Shown in pieces: positions 40,602 to 50,640 of a stretch of DNA of 64,000 bases (positions are counted from its first letter, which is position 1; the number at the start of each line of letters is the position of its first letter). The translations under genes were made by a program, and so were the position numbers. The stretch spans positions 3,915 through 67,914 of the forward strand of contig CAMCEM010000002.1 of assembly GCA_945873755.1 (NCBI GenBank), read 5' to 3'. The notes under the pieces were generated by a model. It saw nothing but the letters and a program-made list of their open reading frames with translations. It made no database searches and had not been told where the DNA came from. This stretch comes from Chitinophaga pinensis (GTDB taxonomy: Bacteria > Bacteroidota > Bacteroidia > UKL13-3).

Positions 40602-41807
40602 ATGAAAATAAATGTAATTAAACTATTGGTTGTTTTTGGCTGTATTAGTATTTTTTCGTGTACTAAGGAAACCAAAGAAACAATAATAATTGAGGGTGGG
40701 AAGCCTATAAAAAGTTCTAGTGCAGAATCTTTAAGTGAAGAAGATTTGGCTTTTTGGGATAATTCATCAACTGTTAATTTAAATATAAATGATATTTTAC
40801 TGCCTAATGGTATGACATTTAGCCAATACAAATTAAGTATTGGAAAAACAACCACAGAAGGTGAAAACAGAAATTTATTGTTGATGCTATTGGGTGAAAA
40901 AGCACACAACATAATTAACTACACAAATCCAGATTTTGCAACCAATATACCTAAACAAACTAAGTTAGCTTATAGTTGGAACAGTAAGGATTATACCAAT
41001 CCATCAAGTGATCCAAATGGTTGTCCTGAAAGCATCTATGGATTAGATTGCTCAGGATTTTTATACAACGTGTTTAAAAATGCAGGCTTTAATGGTTTTA
41101 AGGTTGGTGCAGCTGACGACCAAAGAAAAGAAGCTCACTTATCTAATGTATTTTCAAAAACCGGTCAATTAACAAATGCTGAAGGTAAAAATATTGATTT
41201 AAAAAATATGGTTGCTAAAGATTTTGGAGAAATCCCTCCAGCCAGCATGCTAACAGGTGATATAATTTATTGGTTAGATGCTAGTGGTCGTGCCAAACAT
41301 ATTGGAATCATCTTAAAGAATGGTAGTGGTATATCAGTAGCTCAATCAAATGGCCATCAAAATGAAGAAAGTGATACAAAAAATAGCAATGATTGTGAAA
41401 AAAATTATGGAGCCAATAGAGGACCGAGATTTACATCAAATGTTGAAAATTCAATTAAGTCAACAGCTAATGGTGGATTTGGTGATAGCTATGGTATTGT
41501 TCGCTGTTTGGAAAAAACTCCTTGCAATGCCAAAACCATTTCTGGTGGTTTTGGTGTAACGCCTACACTTCACTCTGTTGGTTCAAAAAGTGGAACCATT
41601 CAATTGAATTATGAAATGTACTCTATACCCGATAAATTAGAAGTATTTTATGAAGGTAAATTATTATTTTCAACTAATGGTTTTGTAAGTGGAAATAAAA
41701 CCGAATCAATAACATATAACTACAACAAAGAAACCGAAATTGAAGTAATTGTAACAGGCAATGATGCTGGCACAGCTTGGGAGTATACAGTTAACTGCCC
41801 TGAATAA
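40602..41807 (+). CDS. Lipoprotein with an NlpC/P60-like domain and a C-terminal beta domain
   Basis: Lipobox IFSC; YSWN, GLDCSGF, GDIIYW, HIGI. Confidence 0.75.
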   Translation: MKINVIKLLVVFGCISIFSCTKETKETIIIEGGKPIKSSSAESLSEEDLAFWDNSSTVNLNINDILLPNGMTFSQYKLSIGKTTTEGENRNLLLMLLGEKAHNIINYTNPDFATNIPKQTKLAYSWNSKDYTNPSSDPNGCPESIYGLDCSGFLYNVFKNAGFNGFKVGAADDQRKEAHLSNVFSKTGQLTNAEGKNIDLKNMVAKDFGEIPPASMLTGDIIYWLDASGRAKHIGIILKNGSGISVAQSNGHQNEESDTKNSNDCEKNYGANRGPRFTSNVENSIKSTANGGFGDSYGIVRCLEKTPCNAKTISGGFGVTPTLHSVGSKSGTIQLNYEMYSIPDKLEVFYEGKLLFSTNGFVSGNKTESITYNYNKETEIEVIVTGNDAGTAWEYTVNCPE

Positions 41808-41813
41808 TAAATA

Positions 41814-41941
41814 GTCTTGAACACGATTAAATGAATTACAAGAAAGACAGGATTATATAATCTTGGAAATCTTGCAGTCTAGTAATCTTGTTCAAGACAA
41901 AATAAATATAAAGGAGTTATGCCGAAAATCCGGTAAAGAGT
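41814..41941. repeat. Direct repeat copy 1 (hairpin plus AAAGGAGTTATGCCGAAAATCCGGTAAAGAGT)
   Basis: Similar to 42591..42718. Confidence 0.85.
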
Positions 41942-41960
41942 AGGCGCCAAAACTAAAATT

Positions 41961-42524
41961 ATGAAAAAAACCTATTTACATTTTAATTTTTTCTTTCTAA
42001 CAATGTCAATTGCTTTTATCTTCACTTCGTGTGGTTCAGACGGGAAAGATGGTAAGTATTATTTATCTATTGATGATGTTACGTGCGTTTCGCGCTATTG
42101 GGACGATAATAGCTGTGTTCCATACAACTTAAGGTATTACTATTATAATGGCCCATGTTCTAATAATAAGACATTTAATTACGAATTTGACTTATGCACC
42201 GGTGGAGGTTGGAAAGGAACCTACTTTGTTAGCGTTAATGAGGGAGAAAAAGGAGGTTTTATAAGCGATGGTGATGATGGTAGCAATAGGTATTATACAC
42301 TTTCTTTATATAGTAGTGGTAAAACAATAACCTATTATAAAAATGACAATGGAAGAAACGATGCTTCTGTAGAAGATAAGAATAGACCTATTTATAACGT
42401 GTTTTCCAATACAAAAAACAAGGTAGACACTACCCTATTTTTTAAAGATGGTTTTATAAAAATTACTGGAACTTATACACCCAATGGTTCGGTAGTTACC
42501 CATGCTCCCAAAAATCAGAAATGA
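41961..42524 (+). CDS. Cys/Tyr/Gly-rich lipoprotein
   Basis: Lipobox FTSC, then GSDGKDG; GEKGG..DGDDG. Confidence 0.75.
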   Translation: MKKTYLHFNFFFLTMSIAFIFTSCGSDGKDGKYYLSIDDVTCVSRYWDDNSCVPYNLRYYYYNGPCSNNKTFNYEFDLCTGGGWKGTYFVSVNEGEKGGFISDGDDGSNRYYTLSLYSSGKTITYYKNDNGRNDASVEDKNRPIYNVFSNTKNKVDTTLFFKDGFIKITGTYTPNGSVVTHAPKNQK

Positions 42525-42590
42525 TAATGCTATTTAGTTTCTTAAAGCTGATTTGTTGATTTTATCTTTAAGCCTAAAATTAAATTCATT

Positions 42591-43222
42591 TCTGAACACC
42601 GATTCAAAAGATTATAAGATAGACACGATTTTTAAATCTTGGTAATTCTGCAATCTTGTAATCTTGTTCAAGACAAAATAAATAATAAAGGAGTTAAGCC
42701 GAAAATCCTGTAAAGAGTGAACGAAAATAGTCTGAACTATGATTGGCAAGATTTGAATGATTAAATTGAATTCAGCAATCATTTAATCAAAAAAATCATA
42801 GTTCAGACAAAGTGCGGTAACCTCTGCGCTTATCTGCGAAATCTGCGGGAAAATAAACGGGCAATAGTTGAACAATGGGCTTTAGCCCTTTAAAAAACAA
42901 TTTGCCTTTTTATCAATAGAAATGGGTTTTAACCCATTTCATTCGGGCAGCAGTTGGAATAATTGCCTGAGGCAAAGTAATAATACTAGCGAGTCCGATA
43001 GCAATCGGACGCTAGCGTTGGCGAATGTTGCAGCAGTAAAAATCACCCCGGTCTGCGACCACCCCTCAAAAGGGGAATTTAATAGCGTTAACATTTGAAT
43101 TTGTATTTATCTGTGTTATCTGTGGCAAAAAATCTGTAAAATCTGTGGCTATAAAAGGTTGTTGGTCGGGAGACACAACAACGGCAACATTTGTGTTTAT
43201 CAGTGAAATCTGTGGCTTAAAA
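42591..43222. repeat. Direct repeat copy 2 followed by a stack of unrelated REP-like palindromes
   Basis: GTCTGAACTATGATT/AATCATAGTTCAGAC (42730-42808), GGGCTTTAGCCC, AAATGGGTTTTAACCCATTT, CTAGCGAGTCCGATAGCAATCGGACGCTAG, CCCCTCAAAAGGGG, ATCTG(C/T)G runs. Confidence 0.8.
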
Positions 43223-43226
43223 AAAA

Positions 43227-43967
43227 TTATTTATGCCTGAACCAGCAACTGTTGTTATTGGTTTCGTAACCTTTAAATATAGTATTTATTGGAGCTCCGT
43301 GGATTAGTTGAGTATTAAATTTATTGCGAGCTATGTAATTGAATGCACCCATATCGCCTGTGTATGCTGCTTTATTGTTTTGGTTATAGAGTGTATGAAA
43401 ACTCACTAATTCGGTTAGTAAAAATGTCATAACAGCTATACTCCCTCCTATTATTCCGCAATTAAGTAAAGTTTCATTTGCATATTTTTCCTCATAATCA
43501 GCAAACGTTGGTATTTGATTTCGAAAATGGGTAGAATGTTTCATCATCCATTCGTTGTTTAAAGTAGTTGGTTCATCGCCACAAAATAAAGAAGTAGGAT
43601 TACCTTTAAACAATGGCTGTTCAAATGGATTATTTATTACTTCTACATCGGTACTATCGGTTATAAATAACGATTCTATTTGATTAGGATTTTTTAATAA
43701 ATAATCTAAATAAACAAAATACCTATACACACTTAAATTGTAAATTGGATTATACTCAACTTGCTTAAAAGTAATGAACTCACTGCTGTATTTAGCTACT
43801 GTATCTGACGAAAAACTGTTATGAAATATTATACCATGAAGTTTTAAAGATGTAATGGAGCTTGCCCATTTTTCAATTAACGAATAATCATTGTTGGCTA
43901 AAGTTTCGGAACGATTTACATCGTAAACACCAGTAAAAAGGCAAGCAAAAATAAATTGTTTAGGCAT
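43227..43967 (-). CDS. Hypothetical glycosyltransferase-like protein
   Basis: RYF.Y..YL, TDSTDV (DxxD), LNCGIIGG, DMGAFN. Confidence 0.55.
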   Translation of the reverse strand: MPKQFIFACLFTGVYDVNRSETLANNDYSLIEKWASSITSLKLHGIIFHNSFSSDTVAKYSSEFITFKQVEYNPIYNLSVYRYFVYLDYLLKNPNQIESLFITDSTDVEVINNPFEQPLFKGNPTSLFCGDEPTTLNNEWMMKHSTHFRNQIPTFADYEEKYANETLLNCGIIGGSIAVMTFLLTELVSFHTLYNQNNKAAYTGDMGAFNYIARNKFNTQLIHGAPINTIFKGYETNNNSCWFRHK

Positions 43968-43973
43968 TTATAG

Positions 43974-44630
43974 TTAGTTTACTTCAGCCTGTAACATACT
44001 GTTTTTTAATTTTGCACAAGTGCTATTTGGAATATTTCGATAATAAATATAAGTACGAAGATTGACTTTTTTAACATTATACTTATTCGAAACCCTTTCG
44101 TAAAAATTTGCATCAGCACTGTACATACTGTAAAAAGGATTATTTACAAATACTTCTCTTTTGCCAAAAAGCGTTGCAAATAAAATACAATCATCTACAT
44201 GAATTACTTTTGTTGTATCTAACCTATCTGGAATATAATAATCTGCCTCATCATCAACCACAGTATGGGTATTTGATGCTATTAAGTCAGCATGTTCCAT
44301 TTGCTCCAAACAACTGCTTAAGTGATTGGGTTTAAATTCGTCATCGGCATCTATAATGGTAATGAATTGACCGCTGCTTTTTATTATTCCTCGGTTTATC
44401 GATTCAGCCTGACCGCAGTTTGGATGATAGATATAAGTAATAATTGAAGGAAATAAAGAGGTATAATTAACCAATTCATGCTGGTAGTTTATATCGCTTC
44501 CATCATCAATAATAATTAATTCAAAATCTTGCATGTTTTGTTTCAATACCGAATTAATAGCACGCTTTACCAATTCAAATTGGGTATTGTATACGGCTAA
44601 TAATACTGATACTAAAGGTTTTTTTAACAT
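43974..44630 (-). CDS. Glycosyltransferase family 2
   Basis: VSVLLAVYN, IIIDDGS, N.G, IDADD. Confidence 0.88.
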   Translation of the reverse strand: MLKKPLVSVLLAVYNTQFELVKRAINSVLKQNMQDFELIIIDDGSDINYQHELVNYTSLFPSIITYIYHPNCGQAESINRGIIKSSGQFITIIDADDEFKPNHLSSCLEQMEHADLIASNTHTVVDDEADYYIPDRLDTTKVIHVDDCILFATLFGKREVFVNNPFYSMYSADANFYERVSNKYNVKKVNLRTYIYYRNIPNSTCAKLKNSMLQAEVN

Positions 44631-44794
44631 AAAAAATTAAAAATTATGATTTACGATAATAGGCTCATTTTTATTGGCATTTGTTACTTTTACTTTAATT
44701 TATTGTGATTTATTTTAGATAATAATAGGTTATTAAATATTGTGACTAAATATATTGTGTTTATTATATTTTTAATTAATTCCAACTATAAGTT

Positions 44795-45190
44795 TCAAAT
44801 ATCAACATTGGGATTATCGTTGGCGCTGTATTCGTAAAACATTTCATTGTTATTTTGGTCATTTTCCTTTTGTTCAGGTTTAGTAAAACCATGTGTTCCA
44901 AATGTATTTTCTTTAACTAATTCACCATTCTGTTCTTGGTGTTCTACAAAAACTTCATCTGTTGCAATTGGTTGTTTACCTGTTGTGATATTTTCTTTAT
45001 GTTCACTTTCTACAATTTCATCGTCATTGTCTTCAAAATCTTTGTCATCTTCTATAAAATAATCATCATCGTAATCATCATTTTCATCTTCATCGGCCGA
45101 TTTTTGATATGGCAATTCTGTTTTAACGTTAATGTTTTTAAAATTAGAAGGTGGGTTAATACCTATTGCTCCTTTTTGGATTGTTTCCAT
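44795..45190 (-). CDS. Acidic low-complexity hypothetical protein
   Basis: D/E-rich ORF in operon orientation. Confidence 0.55.
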   Translation of the reverse strand: METIQKGAIGINPPSNFKNINVKTELPYQKSADEDENDDYDDDYFIEDDKDFEDNDDEIVESEHKENITTGKQPIATDEVFVEHQEQNGELVKENTFGTHGFTKPEQKENDQNNNEMFYEYSANDNPNVDI

Positions 45191-45205
45191 TTTATTTATA
45201 TTTTT

Positions 45206-45799
45206 TTAATTTGTTTGTTTAAGCTTGTTAGCATTCATTGCTTTTTCAAGGTTTCCATTACTATCCAATGTATGGATAAGATTGTTTTGTAAGTTAAATG
45301 TCCAAGTTTTAATCCACGCTTTTAAATCAACATCATTGGTTTCATTGTATGCTTTTTTATAATTTTTTATAGCATCGTTGTAATCAATAATTAACATTTC
45401 CATGTAGGCATTGTTAAAACTATTGCCATTTTTTTCTCTCATTAAAGCAAAAATTGATTGTTGTTTTTCGGAAACAAATATGGGTATTTGGATTTTTTTT
45501 AAAATTGCTAGTTGGTTTAATTCGTTATAAGTTTTTAAATGAGTTTCTTCCATTAACTTTCCTAGTTGCTTTACTTTTAATAAATTGCTTTTTTGCCTAG
45601 CAAGCTGCCCAAATTTTATAATTTTTAAATTAGTTTCTGCAGCATAAACCATGTAATTCGAATCAATTTGTTTTGTTTCAGTTTTAATTTCAGAGGTAAT
45701 TTTTTCAGTTTTATTATCGATACATGACTCTAATAAAAATACAATTATTGTAATAACAGAAAAATATTTTGTTAAGTTTATTGATGTTTTAAAATTCAT
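45206..45799 (-). CDS. DUF4142-like lipoprotein
   Basis: LESC lipobox; GQLA..K...VKQLG..M...H, F..AY; likely start MNFK. Confidence 0.7.
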   Translation of the reverse strand: MNFKTSINLTKYFSVITIIVFLLESCIDNKTEKITSEIKTETKQIDSNYMVYAAETNLKIIKFGQLARQKSNLLKVKQLGKLMEETHLKTYNELNQLAILKKIQIPIFVSEKQQSIFALMREKNGNSFNNAYMEMLIIDYNDAIKNYKKAYNETNDVDLKAWIKTWTFNLQNNLIHTLDSNGNLEKAMNANKLKQTN

Positions 45800-46039
45800 T
45801 TTGTAAATAAATATGTATAACAAAATTGCTAAAGAAAGCACTACTATTTATTATACTTTTTTTTAAATATTTTATAAAATTCACAGATTTTAATATTTTT
45901 AATAAAAAGTAAAAAGTGTGAAAAATGCAGCTATTAAGTAAATGAATATAAGCCAGTAAAACAATTATAATTAAATATTTGCTGCATAATTATTAAGCTT
46001 AAAAACCAGCATTTGATTATTATTAAAACATAGAAAAAA

Positions 46040-46260
46040 ATGAAAACCTTTAAAAAAATTTTAACTATTATAATTATAGCGGTATATGCAATTAATGTCC
46101 AATCGTGTAAAAAAGATGAAAAAGAGCCAAACACTTCCAATTAAAATGATGACACAGCAGCGCAATCTCAACAGTCGAGTGATGAATCAATACAAACCAA
46201 CGAGTCGGAATTTGCAATGAACGATGTAAACAGTGCCATTGAAAACTCGAGCTATTTTAT
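46040..46260 (+). pseudogene. Truncated lipoprotein remnant
   Basis: MKTFKK...VQSCKKDE; in-frame TAA at 46142-46144; the frame then continues into the repeat at 46260. Confidence 0.65.
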
Positions 46261-46452
46261 AAAACATCCCCCTAACCCCCTTCACTAGCGCAAATCCATC
46301 GCACAAGGGGGAATATTTTCCGCACCTTTTTTTGGTTTAAATGAAATATTCATTTTGTAAATCATTATTTTATTAAAACATCCCCCTAACCCCCTTCACT
46401 AGCGCAAATCCATCGCACAAGGGGGAATATTTTCCGCACCTTTTTTTGGTTT
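46260..46452. repeat. Two exact 79-bp direct repeats containing a CCCCCTT...AAGGGGG hairpin
   Basis: 46260..46338 is identical to 46374..46452. Confidence 0.92.
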
Positions 46453-46461
46453 TTAAAAAAC

Positions 46462-46664
46462 AAATCACAAATCTCATTTCACAAATCTCATTTCACATAT
46501 CTCATTTCACATATCTCATTTCACATATCTCATTTCCCATATCTCATTTCCCAAATCACATTTCCCATATCTCATATCCCAAATCTCATTTCACATATCT
46601 CATTTCCCATATCTCATTTCCCATATCTCATTTCCCATATCTCATATCACAAATCACATTTCCC
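46462..46664. repeat. 29 tandem heptamers, AWWTCHC
   Basis: ATATCTC/ATTTCAC/ATTTCCC alternation; encodes the methyltransferase C-terminus GKCDL*. Confidence 0.95.
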
Positions 46665-47360
46665 AATAACCAACCACCTAAAAGCCCAAGCCCATTTTAC
46701 ATTTACATTTTGCTTTGAAGTATTAATTTGCAATAAAATTTGCTCCCAATCTGCTTTCACAAATCCCCTAGCTACTGACAGTTTTGCATCGTTTTTTACC
46801 AAATACGATTTACTAAAAATGGCAGTTAACCAAGCTATGGAGTGGTAAGCTAAAAAATGCCTGTGTAAGTCGTTTATTATAAAACCTAATTTGGCATTTG
46901 CATTACACCACTTTAATAGATTGCTAATTTCAATGCTATTTAAATGATGTGTAAATAAACAAGCCAAAGCTATGTCAAACTCAATATTTAAGTTCGGTAA
47001 ATCCCTGTAATCACTATTAACAAAACTTATTTCTTTATAATATTCACATTGTTGGATTGCATAAGTTATACAATCTTCTTTTAAATCAACTCCAATTAAT
47101 TTAAATGTTAACCCATTTTTACGAGCCCATTTTGCTAATATTATTAAATTGTCACCTCCACCACAACCAATATCAATTATGGTGTATGTTTTACCTTTTT
47201 CAAAATTAAATTGATTAAACCCTTTTAAAGTTACATTATGTCCACCAAGCCAAGTATTTATAAAGTTAAGTTCTTTTAAATTTTGATATAAATCTAACTT
47301 AGGTATGAAATCATTGTCTAATAATTCCTTCGTTTCCGATCTGCTTTTTGAATTTAACAT
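46647..47360 (-). CDS. SAM-dependent methyltransferase
   Basis: E..D, IN.WLGG, IDIGCGGGD, LFTHH, INDLHR, DA.LSV.RGF, W.WAFR. Confidence 0.88.
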   Translation of the reverse strand: MLNSKSRSETKELLDNDFIPKLDLYQNLKELNFINTWLGGHNVTLKGFNQFNFEKGKTYTIIDIGCGGGDNLIILAKWARKNGLTFKLIGVDLKEDCITYAIQQCEYYKEISFVNSDYRDLPNLNIEFDIALACLFTHHLNSIEISNLLKWCNANAKLGFIINDLHRHFLAYHSIAWLTAIFSKSYLVKNDAKLSVARGFVKADWEQILLQINTSKQNVNVKWAWAFRWLVIGKCDL

Positions 47361-47447
47361 ATTGATGCAATTAAGCTATTTTGAACTAAAGTTTTATTTT
47401 TTAAAAAATACTTATATTTTGCAAAAAGTATCAAAAAAATTTACAAT

Positions 47448-48236
47448 ATGAAAAAAACAATCTTTACTTTAATTAATTTATTTTTTATTTTAAAACTAAC
47501 TTCAGCTGCAATAATAAATACCGATGTAAATAAAACGGTAGATAGTATTGCTACACAATATCAATTAGATATTACAGGCGATGGTAGTTACGACTTAACT
47601 TTCAATTATTTTGCTAATGGATCAATAACAGTTACTGGAAGAATTGGAACTGCTGGAAACTTTTATTTAGCCACAGCTACTATAAGTGGAAACAATAATT
47701 ACCCCATAAAAATTGGTAATGATAAATCGTTTGAAAAAAATACAACTTGGAAATCGAATGGAATATTTTTACAAAGCCCAAGCTTAGGATACACTGATTT
47801 TAAAGGAAAAGGAAACCAATACATAGGTGGTAAGTTAACTTATACTGGTGGAATTGAAACCTATTATTTTTGGGTTTTAATTAATGTTTCAAAAGATGGA
47901 AGCAGTTTAAACATTATAAAATGTGCCTATGAAAATGAAACTGATGTTCCATTGTTAACTGGTAACGAAGGTGCCACTAATGTTTCGGTAAATGAAGCTT
48001 TAAACAATATAAATTTCACAGTTTTCCCTCAGCCAGCAAGTACTTTTTTAAATATAACATGTACTGAAAAAATAGTAGATTATGCTATTTATAATTTAAC
48101 TGGAAAATTAATGGCTGATGAGAAATTAATTAACAATGAAATTAATGTAGCACAATTGCCAAAAGGCATTTATATTTTAAAACTAACAACTGCTACAAAT
48201 TTTTTAATAACTAAAAAAATAATTATAGAAAACTAA
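47448..48236 (+). CDS. T9SS type A sorting-domain secreted protein
   Basis: Signal peptide; VFPQPA...IYNLTGK...GIYILK...KKIII. Confidence 0.82.
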   Translation: MKKTIFTLINLFFILKLTSAAIINTDVNKTVDSIATQYQLDITGDGSYDLTFNYFANGSITVTGRIGTAGNFYLATATISGNNNYPIKIGNDKSFEKNTTWKSNGIFLQSPSLGYTDFKGKGNQYIGGKLTYTGGIETYYFWVLINVSKDGSSLNIIKCAYENETDVPLLTGNEGATNVSVNEALNNINFTVFPQPASTFLNITCTEKIVDYAIYNLTGKLMADEKLINNEINVAQLPKGIYILKLTTATNFLITKKIIIEN

Positions 48237-48237
48237 T

Positions 48238-50313
48238 ATGAAAATAAATAACCTAATAATAACTATTGCAACAGGAACTAGTTTAATACTAACTAGTTGT
48301 GGCAATAGTAGCAATACAAACATGACAGATAAAGACAGCACTAAAACCGAAAGTACGTTTAATGTAGAATGCGATAATTTTGCTGACTTACAAGTATTGA
48401 GGTACGAAGTAGAAGGTTTTAACGATTTGTCGGCATCGCAAAAAGAATTGGCTTACTATTTATTTGAAGCAGCAAATGCTGGCAGAGATATTATTTACGA
48501 CCAAAAATACAAACACAATTTAACCATTCGTAAAACCATTGAAGCCATTTTTGAAAGCTATAAAGGAGATAAGAATACAAACGAATTTAAACAACTTGAA
48601 ACCTATGCCAAAAGAGTTTTCTTTTCAAATGGAATTCATCACCACTACTCTAGTTTAAAGTTTGTTCCTGAATGTAATTTTAATTTTTTTGCTGATTTGG
48701 TTAAAGCATCTGATGAAAAATTATTGCCTTTAAATGGTAAATCAGTGGATGAATTTTTAAAAACAATTCGTCCAATTATTTTTGATGAAAAGCTAGAAAA
48801 TAAAATTGTTGACTTGGCATCAGGTATTGATAATATTAAAGCATCGGCAAATAATTTTTACGAAGGTGTAACCCAAAAAGAAGTAGAAGATTTTTACAAT
48901 GCTAGAATGAAAAAAAATGATGCAACGCCAATTTCGTGGGGGTTGAATAGTAAAATGATGAAGGAAAATGGCAAAGTGGTAGAAAAGGTTTGGAAAGTAG
49001 GTGGAATGTATTCTGCTGCTATTGAAAAAATAGTGTATTGGTTAGAAAAAGCAGTTACTGTTGCCGAAAACGACCAACAGAAAAAAACATTACAACTTTT
49101 AATTGAATATTACAAAACTGGCGATTTGAAAAAATGGGATGAATACAACATAGCTTGGGTAAATGATGTAGATTCGAGATTGGATGTAGTGAATGGTTTT
49201 ATTGAAGTTTATGGCGATGCAATAGGTAAACGTGCAAGTTTTGAAAGCGTGGTTTCAATGAAAGACATGGAAGCAACCAAACGTATAGCTGCTGTAGCTA
49301 AAGAAGCGCAATGGTTTGAAGATAATTCGCCAATTGCTCCTGAGCATAAAAAGAAGGAAGTAAAAGGCATAACTGCTAAAGTAATAACTGTAATACAAGA
49401 AGCAGGCGATGCTGCACCTGCTACACCAATTGGAATTAACTTACCCAATGCCAATTGGATTCGTCAGCAGCACGGTAGTAAATCGGTTTCGCTAAGTAAT
49501 ATTGTGCATAGTTACAATATAGTTGGTGCCAAAAGCCCTATGCTAAAAGAGTTTGCCGAAAATGAAGCACAAATTGCAAGAGCAAAAGAATATGGTTCAT
49601 TGGCAGGCGATTTACATACCGATATGCACGAAGTAATTGGCCACGCAAGCGGACAAATAAACAAAGGAGTTGGCGATCCTGACCAAACCTTAAAAAACTA
49701 TGCAAGTACTTTGGAAGAGGCCCGTGCCGACTTAGTAGCATTGTATTATGTGCTTGATAAAAAATTAGTTGATATGAAAATAATGCCTAGTTTAGATTGT
49801 GGTAAAGCCGAATACGATGGGTACATAATGAATGGTTTGATTACTCAATTAACTCGACTAAACTTAGGCGAAAATTTAGAAGAAGCACACATGCGTAACC
49901 GCCAATTAAATGCAAAATGGGCTTACGAAATGGGTAAAAAAGACAATGTAATTGAATATGTAAAACGCGATGGAAAAACCTACGTTAAAATTAATGATTA
50001 CGACAAACTACGTACTTTATTTGGCCAATTATTAAAAGAAATACAACGAATAAAAAGCGAAGGCGATTACAAGGCCGCCACTGCATTGGTAGAAACTTAT
50101 GGTGTAAAGGTTGACCAAGAATTATTGAAAGAAGTAAAAGATAGATTTAACAAACTAAACGTTGCTGCTTACAAAGGTTTTATTCAACCTAAGTTAGTAC
50201 CTGTAATGGATGGAGATAAAATAAAAGATGTGAAAGTAGAATACCCTACCAATTTCCTTGAAAACCAATTGGAGCTAGGAAAAAAATATGGATATTTGCC
50301 TGCTGTAAATTAA
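48238..50313 (+). CDS. Dipeptidyl-peptidase III (M49), lipoprotein
   Basis: GFIEVY, GINLPN, HEVIGH, EEARAD, EAHMR. Confidence 0.9.
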   Translation: MKINNLIITIATGTSLILTSCGNSSNTNMTDKDSTKTESTFNVECDNFADLQVLRYEVEGFNDLSASQKELAYYLFEAANAGRDIIYDQKYKHNLTIRKTIEAIFESYKGDKNTNEFKQLETYAKRVFFSNGIHHHYSSLKFVPECNFNFFADLVKASDEKLLPLNGKSVDEFLKTIRPIIFDEKLENKIVDLASGIDNIKASANNFYEGVTQKEVEDFYNARMKKNDATPISWGLNSKMMKENGKVVEKVWKVGGMYSAAIEKIVYWLEKAVTVAENDQQKKTLQLLIEYYKTGDLKKWDEYNIAWVNDVDSRLDVVNGFIEVYGDAIGKRASFESVVSMKDMEATKRIAAVAKEAQWFEDNSPIAPEHKKKEVKGITAKVITVIQEAGDAAPATPIGINLPNANWIRQQHGSKSVSLSNIVHSYNIVGAKSPMLKEFAENEAQIARAKEYGSLAGDLHTDMHEVIGHASGQINKGVGDPDQTLKNYASTLEEARADLVALYYVLDKKLVDMKIMPSLDCGKAEYDGYIMNGLITQLTRLNLGENLEEAHMRNRQLNAKWAYEMGKKDNVIEYVKRDGKTYVKINDYDKLRTLFGQLLKEIQRIKSEGDYKAATALVETYGVKVDQELLKEVKDRFNKLNVAAYKGFIQPKLVPVMDGDKIKDVKVEYPTNFLENQLELGKKYGYLPAVN

Positions 50314-50327
50314 TTGAAAAATATACT

Positions 50328-50357
50328 AGAGCCGTTCAATTGAACGGCTCTTTTTTT
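50328..50357 (+). terminator. Intrinsic terminator
   Basis: AGAGCCGTTCAATTGAACGGCTCT followed by a T-run. Confidence 0.8.
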
Positions 50358-50640
50358 ACTGTAATAATGAACCTAAAATTATTTCATAAATTATAAAATT
50401 GTCCTCTTCTATTTTAAAAGCCACTATCCATTTGCCAATTGTTACGCAAGAATACCCGAATTTTAATAAAACAGTATTGTTACATTTAGCATATTGAGTG
50501 TTTGGTTGGACAAATGATTTAATGCTGTCTTTAAATTTTAAAACATATCTGTTTCCACTACCAATTGTGTTTTTTGAATCTAAAAAATCTCTTTGCAAAC
50601 GAAGTGTTTTAAGAGCAGGTTCTTTAAAAATTAATTTCAT
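50356..50640 (-). CDS. Putative RelE/ParE-like toxin
   Basis: 94 aa; ATGA-coupled to the upstream small gene; hydrophobic start, helix, C-terminal beta pattern W.VAF.I...IIYEI. Confidence 0.55.
   Translation of the reverse strand: MKLIFKEPALKTLRLQRDFLDSKNTIGSGNRYVLKFKDSIKSFVQPNTQYAKCNNTVLLKFGYSCVTIGKWIVAFKIEEDNFIIYEIILGSLLQ

Noticed and set aside
38287..42524. Prophage
   Set aside because: All three genes are lipoproteins; there are no integrase, terminase, capsid or lysis genes.
46446..46718. 90-aa ORF with ISHF/ISHI repeats
   Set aside because: It is a translation of the heptamer array on the antisense strand.
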